Assembly (NCBI GenBank): GCA_963924565.1
Contig: OZ004611.1
Span: 20,646,001-20,710,000 of the forward strand
Direction: 5' to 3'
DNA: 64,000 bases
DNA from: Ascidiella aspersa
Lineage: Eukaryota
Numbering within the stretch: the first letter of the stretch is position 1; every line of letters starts with the position of its first letter. Positions 1 to 33,800 of the stretch are shown here, in pieces. Both the position numbers and the translations under genes were made by a program. Under the pieces are notes generated by a model, which saw only the letters and a program-made list of their open reading frames with translations, had not been told where the DNA came from and ran no database searches.

Positions 1-215
1 GCGAAACGTTTTTGAGTGCAGTCAGGTCTTTGGTACCAGTAGTTTTAGTACTAGAAAATTTAAACTCCTCATTATAGAAAGAAATGTGCTTTATATATAA
101 CTTGCAGAATGATAATAAACACCAAAGAATAGCTACATGGTGGATTAAAATATTTGCTTAAGAACTGTCTGTTGAATGTGTTATTGTTTTCAAATACCTT
201 GGATTGTACAAAGGA

Positions 216-20863
<20,648 letters not shown>

Positions 20864-20916
20864 AGTTTCAATTCTTTGTTCTCTTTCCTTCTTATTGGTA
20901 GAGGTGTATTTGTTTC

Positions 20917-20922
20917 AATAAA
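20917..20922 (+). promoter_or_regulatory. Probable polyadenylation signal of the ANKRD11/12-like gene
   Basis: AATAAA 54 nt after the TAA at 20861-20863, with a T-rich tract downstream. Confidence 0.55.
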
Positions 20923-21290
20923 AACACAATAATTTCTAGAACATGCCGTTATTTTATGTTTTTTTTTTAATTAGGACATAACTAGGTATTTCTGCTTCAG
21001 TGAGCATAATTTTCTACCATCGCATATAATTGGGAGTCCCCATTGTATGTACGTATGGAAACGCGCGTTTTGGTAAGGTGGCAATTTATCGCCACGTCAA
21101 ATATATGGATCCCACAGTTGAGGTGAAATCAAATATTTCGATGAATGGGGCAATTTTTTTTTTTTTTTGTGAAATGCGCATGTTTCGTTAAATTCGTAAA
21201 TTTAATAGGCAAAATTTACAGGAAACCTACGCATCTTAAACAATTTTAGGCTAAGTTTAGACAAACGTGAGAGGTTGGCTCACACTATAG

Positions 21291-21580
21291 CAGGGGTGGG
21301 CAAATGTGTTCAATGAAAGAGCCATGTTCAGAAAATACAATTCTCAGAGAGCCTCAAAATTAGCAAATGAAATTCCGTTGACTCGCTTATAAGTATAACT
21401 CTTCGGACTCTATGTCTCGTGTTACGTCAAAAACGAAATGCTGGCCTAAATAAAGAAAAGAAAAAGAGAGAACCTTCATAAACGGTACTCTTGGTAGCAT
21501 TTCCAATTTTTTTGGAATTAACGAATCGACTAGAAGAGCCACAAAAAACATGCCGGCGAGCCGCAGTTTGCCCGCCCCTG
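21291..21580. mobile_element. Non-autonomous hAT (Buster-type) MITE
   Basis: TIR CAGGGGTGGGCAAA / TTTGCCCGCCCCTG; perfect TSD cactatag. Confidence 0.9.
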
Positions 21581-23588
21581 CACTATAGGCTCGTTTTGCT
21601 CTGGTGTCCAGCAGTAGCGTCACTTTGTTTACGTATAAGGCGTGACCAGCGTTCATGGCAAATTTGCATGTACGTTTTTGATTAATTGTCTATAATTTTT
21701 TGGTGAAAAGACTTATGTGTAAAAATATTGCTTCACTAAATAGGCCAATGCTCTGTCGAAAAAAAGGTACGATTATTATGTTTGCTGAATAAATCAGACC
21801 TACGCCAAAAAAACGACCCAACCAAAAGGTGCTTGAATGTCTATTGTTGCCCCAACACCCGGGTAAGTTCAAACATGCTCGGAGTTATCGCGGACAACTT
21901 GTTTGCAACATAAAACACATTCCGCTTGTTCAACAAATTGACAAAAATATAAACGAAATACACAAAAAACGCTTATTTAGGCATGTAATTGCCTACAACT
22001 GTTGTTCTCAGCCTTTTATGGCTTGCGGAACGCCTGAGAAATAATAAATATATTGCGGCACCCCTATAAGATTTTTCCGTTGGTAAATCACTTGAATGTA
22101 ACAATAAACGGAACGGGAACAACACACATTAACTCTCACAACGTAGGAAGTTTTAATTGGATTAATTTAAAGGACAGTTTCAAGGTTTCTTCAAGTCTCA
22201 ACGCACAAAATGAAAGCTTTGGTAGTTAAATTAATTGAGTTTTCTCGTTGTGCGTAAACCAAATATATAGTATTTGTATTAATCAGACCCGCCTTTAAAA
22301 TCCATTAAACTTGGTCAAATATCGTCGGTCAAGTGATGTTTATAAAAGAAAAACTGCCTATATGCCTACAAATGCCTACCCACTTCATAAAATACAAAAT
22401 ATGCTTCTCCAAGTATTCCCATCTCTTTAACAACTGTACCACAGAAACAATGGTGAGGTTATCGTTAACATTGGTGAGGTAACCGCTTTTCCTATTGTAT
22501 CTTAACCAATCTTAACAATTGCACTATCAATTGAAGCAAACACCATAACATGGCAAATAGACGAAGGCAATGGCAATCGAAAACCTCTTTAATAGTATTA
22601 ATTAGATAACTTAATTAAACGTTGATAATTAGATATATTTAAACGCTGTTTATACACGTAACCTTAACCCGAAAACGTAATGCACTGTCGTCACGCCACT
22701 CCAATACAAATGCACCTCGTCCATTACCACGTCTCGCGCAAAATATGGTTGACTCAAGAGCAATCGTTTTCCTTGAGAGAGTCGGCATGTACGTGTGAAG
22801 TCTCGCTGTCTCGGACCGCCCACTTTGTTTGAACACTGACAATGCCGCAGTGCCCTCAGGATAAATAGTCGGCTGAAGAAAAGCATCTCCCATTGCGGCC
22901 AGACAGCATACGGCTCTTATAGCGCGCGTGTTGTTATCAACAAACTGCGTGCTGCGAAGCGTCAGTAGTTTCAGATGTACAACATGCTGAACACTTTATG
23001 CCGGAAGATTTTCAACCTTAGCAATGCAGAATATATAGTGCACTATATAGAAAGCTGAAAACCTAATTTAGTAGAGGTGTTGTTAAATCAGCTAAAAGGT
23101 CCTCGCAAAGCATACAAAAAGTAGAAGTGAATATCAGCTCTTTCGTTAAAGTTAGGCCTTACATTCATATTTTTACTCGTTCTGTTTAGGTCGCCGAGAC
23201 GTGTTGTCTAATCTAAACTAAACTATCATTTATTTGGTGCAAAACGCGAAACCTACATTGTCCAAATTATTGAAATGGTATAATTGGCGGGAAGTTGATT
23301 GCTCATAATTGTTGTAGAAGGAGTAAGTCCTGCACAGGCAAATATTGATGCAAGTGTGCGACATTACGTTACTTGTCAAGATCCTGGTTCATCGTTTGAA
23401 AATCTTGAGATTTTCATGGAATTTGATAGTTTTCAATTTAAAACTCATGAAACTCTCTAGTTTATACATAAAAAATGGTATTTTTGCAAACAGCAAAAAC
23501 AGATTTTAATTAAATCAAATAGCAATCTGCTTGCTGCTGTTCACATGATGGACAAAATGTTATACTGACTGGTTGCACATATAAAACT

Positions 23589-26500
23589 ATGTCTTTGTGG
23601 CACAAAGCAAGAAAATGGTTCACCTTGTTGTTCAGAGGCTTGGCTGTTGCACTTTGTATATTTGTTCTTCTCCATGTGGTACTGTTTAGGTATGTTGAAC
23701 ACCATTATTTATAGATAATAGTTATTAAAGCTAATCAAAGATAATATGTATGATGAATATGTGATAACTGCTAACTAATCTAGTGTGTTGGGTCCAATAA
23801 ATATCTATAAGGTTTTTATTAGTAGTATACAATATACATACACTGAAAAACAGTCATTGTAACTAGAATCAATAATGTTGCTAAAATGAATTAACTTCTT
23901 ATAGCAAATCATTGCCATTATTATGCTGACTATGTGTATAATAATTAGATAACATAATTAATTTCTAGGAAAAACAATAAAAGCGATCATCCTCCATTGC
24001 ACAACCTAAAATTGTATTTTTCGAATAAAAATGATCAAATTGAGTTACCCGTAAAAATCATAACAAGGCCACCTAACAGAGTTTGCAAAGGTATGTGTCT
24101 AAGTTTACATACATACTGTTTTCTATATTTTAAGTATGTGTTATTCATGATTTGTAAACCTATTTGATGTTTCAGATGTAGATTTGGTAATTTTAATCAA
24201 AAGTTCAGTAAACCATTCCATACAGCGCAATTCTATTCGTGAAACTTGGGCAAGCTATTACAACAAGACAAACCATGTTGTAAGTTGTTAATGTGGAAAT
24301 AAAAGAACTATAGTTTAAAATCTTTCATTTTTACATTTGTGCTTCTTTTTTCAAACAGACCATTTTTGTGATGGGCAAAAGTCACAATATGAAGGAATAC
24401 ATGTCAGCATTGGAAGAAAGTGAAATTTTCAAAGATATCGTTGTTGGAAACTTCTTGGACACTTACGAGAATCTTACTGTAAAATCTCGCACAGCTATGG
24501 ACTGGTCTGCAAAATATTGCAGGTGTGTTTTTTTGTTAAATTGTAAAGTTTACAATTCTTGTTGTTTTTAATTACCTAAGCTAAAGGTCATTACTGCAAA
24601 AAATTAAAATTTATAAGCCAATATACAAAGACAGTATGCATGTATTAAGATGTGTCTTATATTCGAAACCTTTTATTTGTATGTGTAGTGAATCAACGGT
24701 TTAAACTTAGTTATTGTATATTGCATTAACATGGCAGTGAGTTTGCCTTGGCACTTTTCGTAGTTCATTTTTTCTAAATCAAACAAATCCGGCATTTTAA
24801 CATGTTGTTAGTTCTGTGAGTGGATCAAATTCTATAAACCCTAAAATTAATTTTTTTTATAAAATTATTACTATACTAATTTAGTCGTTACCGAGTATGA
24901 CAAACTATGCCTTTAATTTTGCAGTTCTTCAAAGTATGTGATTCTTGGTGATGATGACATATTTATGTCGATACCAGAAATACTCAAGTACTATATGTCT
25001 GGTCAGCAACTTGAGAAAAGTGACATTTTGCATTGTGGGGACAAAGTTATAAAGATTGCAAGGGTATGGGGTTCTAGTGTATGCTGTGTTACTTATATTA
25101 CTCTTTATTTTACTTCTGTAAAATTAAGTAATGGTATTAAAACAAAGTAATTTTCCTAAAATAGGCTTGTTTGAGTCCTTCACGTTCACTTTCACGTTCA
25201 TCAGCGATAGTAAAATGGTAATGTCTTGAAAATTTGGACACCTTTACAATATTAAGTATCGATCAACAAATCGTAATTCTGTATGCCCGTTCCAGTATTT
25301 CCACCGGACTAAAAATCTAAAACCATAAAAAACTTAAATTTTGCACATCACAACTCACAACACAAGGAATGGCTCCGGGATTATTTTGTTTATATCACGC
25401 CTGCAATGGCTTTAGTGAATATTGGGCAGTAAATATGACGTCTCGAAACACTGTTTGTCGCACTCGCAATTTTTCTAGGTAAAATGTGCAACTCTGGTAT
25501 TTACCGTCACGCCAAGCTGAAGCCAGCAATAAGGCTTTTTATTGGCATTGTTCGGACTCCAGCAACCAAAGTTTGAATACAACACTTTTCGGAATAAGAC
25601 AAAAATAGGACTTATGGCTAATAATCGGAATAATGACCTAAAGCCGTCGGAATGACTCTAAAGTCGTCAAAATAAGACATAAACGACTAGAAGATTTAAC
25701 AATCCCTTACCAAACCCCAAACCCGACCCTAACTTTATGATTACCACTCAATTACCCGCCCCTTCAACCCAACAAGGGCAAAAGGTGCAAAATAGCCTGT
25801 TGGCGTCGTTTAATAAACTAGGCCGCCTAAATGGCGATACAAATGTCCCACACCCTCTCCTCACGAACTCAGGCGTTTTTATTTTCTTATTTATGTATTT
25901 GATTAGTTTAGGATAGGGACGGCAACTTTTTTAAATTTAAAAATGCATCTAATTGTCCTATTTATGTTGTAGTTTAAATAGGACTGTAAAACTCTCGATA
26001 TTATGTTTATATTTAAAACACACAAAAACAATAGTGCGTAGCACAATAAAGCTTTTGAATATACTGTACTAAGTTTGTGAAAATTCTAGATGTGTAAATC
26101 AAGTTCATGTTTTTCAATAACGTGGTTAAAATAGGCCAAAAAGGGAAAAAATTCTTGCCCAGTTTGCAAAAGTGGTGGCGGGCCGGATATTTATTGGCAC
26201 GCCGTAGGTTTCCGACCACTGGTTTAGGACTTAGTCCGACGATTTTACGTGATACTCTGTCGTATAAATTACAACGTTCGACATACGATTGACAGGTCAA
26301 ACGTCGTGGCAAATGGAGTGTTCCCCAGCACCTGTACCCGCGCATGTATTTCCCCCAGTACTGCAACGGTCCGTGCTTCATCATGTCGCAAGGTGTCGCC
26401 CAGGCGCTGCACCGTGAGTTCGAGAAGTCGCCCGTTCATATTACGGTCGACGACGCGCTCATTACCGGCATCTTCCGCGAAAACGTGAGTCCGAATCGAC

Positions 26501-27300
26501 GTTGTTTTACGCACAATCTTTTAAAGAATTCGCCATTCGGACAGTAAAGGGAAATATGACAGCTCTCGCTGGGAAATTTTGTCAAGTCAGACTCGGGAAA
26601 CTAATTTATGTCGAAATGAATTATTTAGGAACTGTATGTAATCCCATATACCTTAGCATGTTGTTTTTTTATAGGCATCCAACATGTCTAGTGTGCGTGT
26701 GCCTACAATTCAATTTGGTATTTTTTTTTTGTAATTTATTTAAAAAAAAAAAAGATAAATGCCAATGCCGCACTCATGTCCATTTGTCGTGTCTGCCGTG
26801 TATGTTGTCCGACAAGCGTTAAAAACTATTTGTGCAACTTTTGCCTTTTTAATCTATTAACGGTTTGACACTGTCACGTTGGCAAATAAAACGTCTTTCT
26901 GGAGTCTGCGTCGGCACTCAAATTTTTTATCCAAATAAATTACAACGCAAAAGCATTTCGTTTTGCATTGGCCTAAAAGGCATTTGTATATTAAAAAAGG
27001 CAAAAAAATAGCATATTATTCATATAAAGATGTTAAACTGTGTGTAAAAGTGATAGGCCTGATTGCGGCCACTACAATGATTTGCGACCCCAATTTTGTA
27101 ACCTCGGAAACGTCACACGGGCCACATGCGAATTACCGTGGCACACGCAGACCTTAACTTATACTTTATCTTTCGTTCAGGTCGGCTTGTCGCTACGCAA
27201 CATGCGCAAAGGCCTTTGTACGCACCTCTTCAATTCGCCCGACATCGGTCAAAAAATCAAAGGCGCATGGATGCACTCTCTCGGCAAACTCCCGCCTTGA
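23589..27300 (+). CDS. Glycosyltransferase family 31 (beta-1,3-galactosyl/GlcNAc-transferase-like), type II membrane protein; exons 23589-23689, 23969-24090, 24176-24279, 24359-24522, 24925-25063, 26296-26484, 27181-27300 (312 aa)
   Basis: All introns are GT-AG and in phase. N-terminal signal anchor (WFTLLFRGLAVALCIFVLLHVVLF); GT31 motifs RNSIRETW, FVMG, DTYENLTVK, DDDIF (DxD), KW...YP...FPQYCNG, DDALITG. Confidence 0.9.
25914..26221. mobile_element. Degenerate hAT MITE in an intron of the GT31 gene
   Basis: Right end GTTTCCGACCACTG, decayed left end tagggacggcaac; perfect flanking 8-mer gtttagga. Confidence 0.6.
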
Positions 27301-28027
27301 AGTTTGCCCGACGTAAAGTAGTACAACGTCTTTCACGACTCATGAGAACTCGAATATTACGAGTCACGCGCGATTTAAGGAGCACACGTAAATGGATGGG
27401 AGATGAAGTGTGACGCTCCAAGCGTGCAGTAATGCGAGCTGTATTGTTCCGAGACCAATCGTGAGATAATATTGCCCGATAGTGTGTTATGTACATTTTT
27501 TCATTTATCAATGAAGAACACATTTTTTTTGTCGAACAAAGTAATTTACCTGAATCCAAAATGTTATGATTAACCTACATAACTCACCAATTTGCTAACA
27601 TTGGAAGATTACCATATTTCACTTCTCAATGAGCGTTATCACTATCGAAACACACAACAAATATTAAAGCAAGTCTTGCGTTGTGTTCAACCACTAACTT
27701 TATGTAAAAAATCGTTTCGATCTCATGTAGAGTTATTTCAGTTATACTTGGCATTATATTCTTGTTTGCTTTACGACCTTTTACAAAATCGACTTTTCCA
27801 TTGGCTACACCAGATACAACTCAATGGCATTGGTTCGTGACGTATGACGACATTTCATAATATTTTTTAACATTTTTTTCATTATATTTTTTAACATTTT
27901 TTTTTATAGGTCAAATAAAAATTGTATGCAATATATGAAAGATACATACACACACAAATGTGTTAAACAACTTTAGAGCCCTTCTGAAGCTGCTTTTTGA
28001 CCAGCGATTACGGCTTACGTATCATTA

Positions 28028-28068
28028 GTACACCGAAAGCCATCGCAGACTCACCGAATATGTTGATC
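28028..28068 (-). mobile_element. 3' fragment of the tRNA-module repeat
   Basis: The reverse complement gatcaacatattcggtgagtctgcgatggctttcggtgtac matches 11314-11354 with one mismatch. Confidence 0.8.
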
Positions 28069-29780
28069 AACGATAAAACCTGCCATGGCTTTCGCTATGC
28101 TATATTTGGTCGAATTTTTAAATGTTAACTAGAGGAGAGAAAATTCCATGACAAAATTAGACGGATCCAGAAGAACACCAACTTTTACACGTATTTTACT
28201 TGTTTTAAAATATACTCAGTATTTCTTTTTCTATGTTAAGCGGTATTTTACGGTTTTCTTTCTATTACGTCTTTTATTTTTTTACGTTGTACTTATTTTT
28301 AAATGATATACATTTTCATTTCTTTTTAATCAAAGTAAATATTTACATATTAATTTTTTTTATAAATTTGTTCCTCGATACATGGTTCCTGAAAGCATGT
28401 AAATTGTTAGGGGAAAGGGCAGCAAAAATTTTTGTTGTAAATAAATCGAGCAAATGAGTTCAAGTCAAGAGCAAATGAGTTCAAGTCACAAATCTGCACG
28501 GGTTTATCTCGATTTATTTTGTTCAAAAAACAAGTCAAGTAAAAAATGACCTAAATGCACTTTGTAGATTAGTACTGATTATAACCCTAAATATATAGTG
28601 AACCGCCAGTGATACTTCTCATCAAGAGTGTCGATCACGGGTATTATAATAAGGAAGTGCATTGGTACAACGCAACAGCGAGCAGGAAGTGCCTCTGCAG
28701 CATTTTCGCGTATTCTGCACGCATGTGATTTGGCTGCAAATTGGTTTTCGTTCAATGGCAATGTCCCGAGAATTGGCATTGTCATTTCCAATCCACAAGC
28801 TTTCCTTTACTGCTGCAATGGTGTCGCGTTCTTTCAATACTTTTAAGATATGTCTACTTTGGTAAAAATTAAATTGGAAAGTAACTATAGGCTAAGCTAA
28901 AACATGCATTTAATGCATAATTATTCGTGTTTCAAAACAGTGGCTCGGAAAGCCTTATATTTAAGCTCGGTAAAATATATTTCGAGTAGAGTTGACCAGG
29001 TTTATTATTGCTATAAATCATAACTTATTTCAGTATTAATAAAACAATGTTGGTAAAACGTAGTCATTCGGCACGCTGTGCCTACGAACAGGTAAATCAG
29101 CATGGACAGGCTGCTGCTATCAATGCTGTGATTGTAACAACCTATTGCTTTTGAAGTATTTTTTGCAAAATCTGTTGTTCAACAATTTCAATTTTGTTTT
29201 GCCTTTCTTTCCAACGTCATCACCCAAGATACTTGACAGTTTATTCCGATACCCCAGAGTTTATTCGAAAACTATCGCAATCTGATTCAAAACCAAATGA
29301 CGCCATTACTATGCTCAAACAAGCATAATTACGAAATTGGACGTTTAAAGTTATTTTTAAGTTATAAAGTCAATATTTGCTGTAGCGTTTATGAAGGTTT
29401 TGTAAATTGTGGTTGAAAAGGCTACACTAAACGGATGGCCACCGTTACCACCCTAGTAATGAACCAGCGTCAATACTTCCACTCGGCGTTGAGCTTCAAT
29501 CCGTTATTATACTTAACCAACGCAAATTTCTGCGGACATCACCCAAACCAAATTGATTAAAGTTACATGAGGTATCGTGCCGGAGTGATGTTATACCGCG
29601 ACAACAAAATATAACACATTTTATAACTGCCTACGCACGAATGTTGGTGATGCGGTCAATTCTTGCACGTTTTGGTGTCCAGTTTAAACATCTGTGGCTT
29701 ACAAAAGAGTTCATCGTTCGGGTCGCACTATTCCGTTAACTATACATACAATATTGGTGGTTTGTGACATTGTTATAGCA

Positions 29781-30036
29781 CAGGGGTTCTGAAACTGGAG
29801 TCTATGGACCCCTTAGGGGTCCGTGAGCAAGTTTTAGGGGGTCAATGAAGGCCTAATTAAAATGCTAGTGTATATTTAAGAAGTAATCAATTTTTCAAAA
29901 AATTCAGTTTTCTTAAAGTCTATTTGTATTGTGATTGTGAATTTACGACGTCATCTCTGAACATTATTTGCCTAACGTGGTCCGCTCGAAGCAAAAAAAT
30001 AGGGTCCGCTGTAAAAAACAAAATTATGAACCCCTG
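29781..30036. mobile_element. hAT (Buster-type) MITE, inverted relative to 42746-43085
   Basis: CAGGGGTTC / GAACCCCTG termini; TSD ttatagca / ttatagcg. Confidence 0.85.
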
Positions 30037-30680
30037 TTATAGCGTATTTTATAGAAGAGGCGCTTTTTGATCAACTGCTGAGATCTAGATTCTAAATGAA
30101 ATAGGTGGACGTTTTTTTGTAAGGCAATGTGGGTTTAAAGGGGACTCGACCCACATTTTTTTAATATTTTATGTAAAGTCATTACTAATTGGTTGCATTG
30201 CCAGACTTCCGGTTAGACTTGCTTTAAATCGTTTCGAACTAACAAGTGATGTAAGTGTTTACTTTTACATATTAGCAGCAGAAGTGTGAGCCAACACAGG
30301 ATGTTTTGAAGGGCCAACCCGACTATTCGAATTACACTTTTTGAAAGGCAACTTTAAATCTCTATCAGTGCGACCGCTCGCTGATGACCAGGCAATTCGA
30401 AGTACTCACGTCAATCTTTCAATCAAATCAGGGCCACGAACGTCCACCAGTAATGACGACACAAAAGAGTTAACGCGGCTAGTACGATTTCGCGGAATCT
30501 TTGCGGAGGTTTCGCAAAGCCAGTAGTTGCGCCCATTCCGCGCTACGCGTATTTCTCCCGGATGCCTGCCGCCGATTTCAAGTTCCTCAGAGGATGTTCG
30601 CCGTGCTAGCCTTGTTGACGTTCAGAACAAGTTCGGGTACGGGCGTTTGCGCCAGGAACATTAGGACCTTTTGATCCGCT

Positions 30681-30690
30681 TATATAAAGC
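30681..30690 (+). promoter_or_regulatory. Candidate TATA box for the MS4A-like gene
   Basis: TATATAAAG at the end of a CpG-rich patch, ~200 bp before the tentative first coding exon. Confidence 0.35.
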
Positions 30691-30883
30691 GCAAGCAACC
30701 GCATGCCTAACCAGTTGGTGTTCCCCGCCTAACTTTTACTGATTCAGAAGACTGTTTAGGCGACTACTGCGCAAAATAGGCAAATCGTTGAGCTAGTCAT
30801 ATTTGTTTAGGTCGCATGATACGAAAAAACAACACATAAATAATCGGAGTTTAGAAGTTCAATTCAATCGGTTTCTATAGGGC

Positions 30884-33800
30884 ATGGCACGTTTATGTAT
30901 GTGCTGTCAAGTAACGTGTATTCTGTAGCCCAGTGGTCTCCAAGCTTTTATTAACCGACCACGAATTACATATAAAATGGAATCAGCATTTACATGCGAC
31001 CCCAGTTTGTTTTTTTAAGTAACTTTTTAGCTTATTACACGAGCTAAATAAGGCATATAGGCTACAATTTCGGAGAATTGTGGCTACATATATGTAATGA
31101 AATGAGGAGTTCAAATTAACACATGGATTTAATTTTAACACATGTAATTGCGCTAGTTTAAATCCCGAGCGCAATGAAACCACTAAACTGCTCGAATTGG
31201 TAAGTGATGACGACCCCAGAATAGGTTTAGGCGACCCCACATGGGGTCGCGACCCAAAGGCTGAAGATCACTGCTGCAGCCAGTAGCAATACTTTTGCAC
31301 CTTGCCTTCTTGTGGATGCACAAGGGATTTCCCATACTGAAAGGTCATGATTTAGTAATTACTTAAATAACGATGTTAAAGCTGATTGATTCTTCGATAG
31401 CTGACTGCTGCCAGGTTTTGGCGGTTTTGTCAACTTTCGAGATGAGGTTCGAAATTCGTTGACAACCGTGCAACGGATGTACTTAAGCACCCAGTGAAAC
31501 AAATAAATTTGCTGACGTTATATGTTAAGAGATTTGTATAATTTATTAACAACGAATTGCAGCAAAAATGCATATTTCAGATTGTTAAAAATTTGTGATT
31601 TCGAAATGCAACTTTCGTACTGCATTTCGAACGTAAAAAGTGTGTTTGGTAATGTATGTACATTACCGTTTCGCATAAGTAATAAGGTCATGGTGTTGAT
31701 ATCACTGAATGGGCAATTTGCTACAGTCAGAAAATAATAAAAAGATGAAATTATAAATCACCATTTGTATGCACTCCTTGAAAGTATACTGGAATATTGT
31801 TTGCAGTGGAAGTACCTTACAAAGTTTGGTTTTATTGTTAAGTGTGTTACGTATCACAAGCGAGGCGTAGTTGAGTATTAAGATTTACTGATTTCCACGA
31901 CAGATTTTGCAACTTAGAATTTTATTTTTTATTTTCACCAAGCACCCTACATAGCTTACTCCAATGAAACCCCTGGTAGTTATACTCGACCGAAGCGTCA
32001 CGCATCCGGGTGAAAAGTACGTGCACACTTACAGCGGTCTTGGGGTAAGTTTGTAGCTAGAATGCATAGCACTTTTAAAGATCCTATGTATGTGCACCCT
32101 GTATATCAATACTGCTACCACTTTAGAAATTGGCACGACGCTACACGATCTGGAATGTAGAATAGACACTTAAATAAAGCTATCGAGTATTCCTGTGCAG
32201 TAAGTCATAGAAATGTAACAACATCGACTGTCGACTGTATCGCAAAAAAGCCGTTTGACAAAACACCCATAAGGTTGGCCGTAGTTGTAGTTTCGTAAAT
32301 AGTATTTAATCGAATTCGTTGTAATATTTCAATCGAATTCGTTGGTAAGTCGCTGTAATGTGCGACGACTGCTATCACTTTATTTACTTCATATTTTTGG
32401 GTACACTATGCACGGATCTGTAATGTAGCTTAATAATAAATTTCAAAGCCAAAAAGGTCGAGTAGATCGACAGCATCTTGATTAAGACGTTTCGATACGA
32501 ACTAACCGAAAGTTGAAGAAGATGATACAAGCTCGTATCGAAACGTCTTAATCAAGATGCTGTCGATCTACTCGACCTTTTTGGCTTTTAAATTTATTAT
32601 TAAGCTACATTACAGATCCGATTAATTAAATGGTGACGGATAAGGATGTCCGATACTTGACATCTTTATACGAAACCGTTACCCGATATTTTAGGCAAAA
32701 AGTAATGTGATTCGATAAAGGAATAAATCGCTCCGTTGTATCGCAAATCATAGCTAAAACATTCATATTTATTTGGTATCGGATCGGCACCCATATCACC
32801 CTAGTATCGGACGGGTAGCGATACTTTCATTTGGATCGGATATCGACTCGATCCGATATTATCGGACATCCCTAGTGATGGATTAAGATGCTAACACTGT
32901 ACGAATACTGTGCACCATGGCATTTGTTTTGTTACCACTTAGGCGATACAGCTTCTTATTGGAATAATGATGGTGATTTTGGCCGTCGCCACAATGGTAA
33001 TTGCAGGGACCTATTTCGACTACGCCTACGGCCTGACGAATATTGCGCCGGGAATATGGTGCGGTGCTTTGGTGAGTTCAGGTCGATGTTTAGGATGTAA
33101 AAAGGCGTAATGATTTTTTTTGTCATTGGCTTGTTTGCACAGATTTGCAAATTACAGGGTGGTTTCCAACAACTTCCGATCGCATACCACCAAAAGCAAT
33201 GGTTCTTAACCTGGGGCGCCCCCTAGCCGCGCCAACCCGTTCTGAGCGGGGTGCGAATTTACTACAATATTTAAATTTTTGCATAGTTAATATAATGGTT
33301 TAATGCGACGCTTGTTGTTAATTTTTTCTTTAGGGCTGTTTTATGCTTAATCTCTTAAAAAAGTATATGGTTCATGATGTTGCGATTTGCATGTTTTTAA
33401 ACTTTATTTTGAACAGTTTCTTGCTGTTTGAGCCCTTTTTATATTTTTCTACTCTTTACATCCTATTTATAATGCTTTGTAAAAACTATCTGTTACAGTT
33501 GACGGAGATCTATGTTGTGCACAGGCAGGATTGCGCACAAGGCTATTACCTCTTCCACAAACTGTATTTTTTGCCAATTTGAACAATCAGGTTTACTGCG
33601 AAATTAATTCGAGCCTCGCTAAATCTTGCAATTAATGTTTTTTACCTGTATTACGGACAGTTTCAGCTATCATCTCTGTACATTTACCATTGCGCGTTTT
33701 CTGTATTTTAAGATACACGTTTTATCGCACATTTCGTATGCTACATGCAGCGAAATCGGGTTTTCAAGTTACAATTTTTTGCAAACTACATAAACGTTTT

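Noticed and set aside
25170-25210. CTGATGA on the minus strand as another hammerhead (also CTGANGA at ~30381, 40793, 61287, 62000, 62301)
   Set aside because: No correctly placed stem II + GAAA + UH + stem I.
25585-25735. CGGAATAAGAC-like repeats and a CCCTAAC-like tract (also 5392-5406) as interstitial telomere
   Set aside because: Too short and degenerate; more likely internal motifs of old non-autonomous elements whose ends I cannot define.
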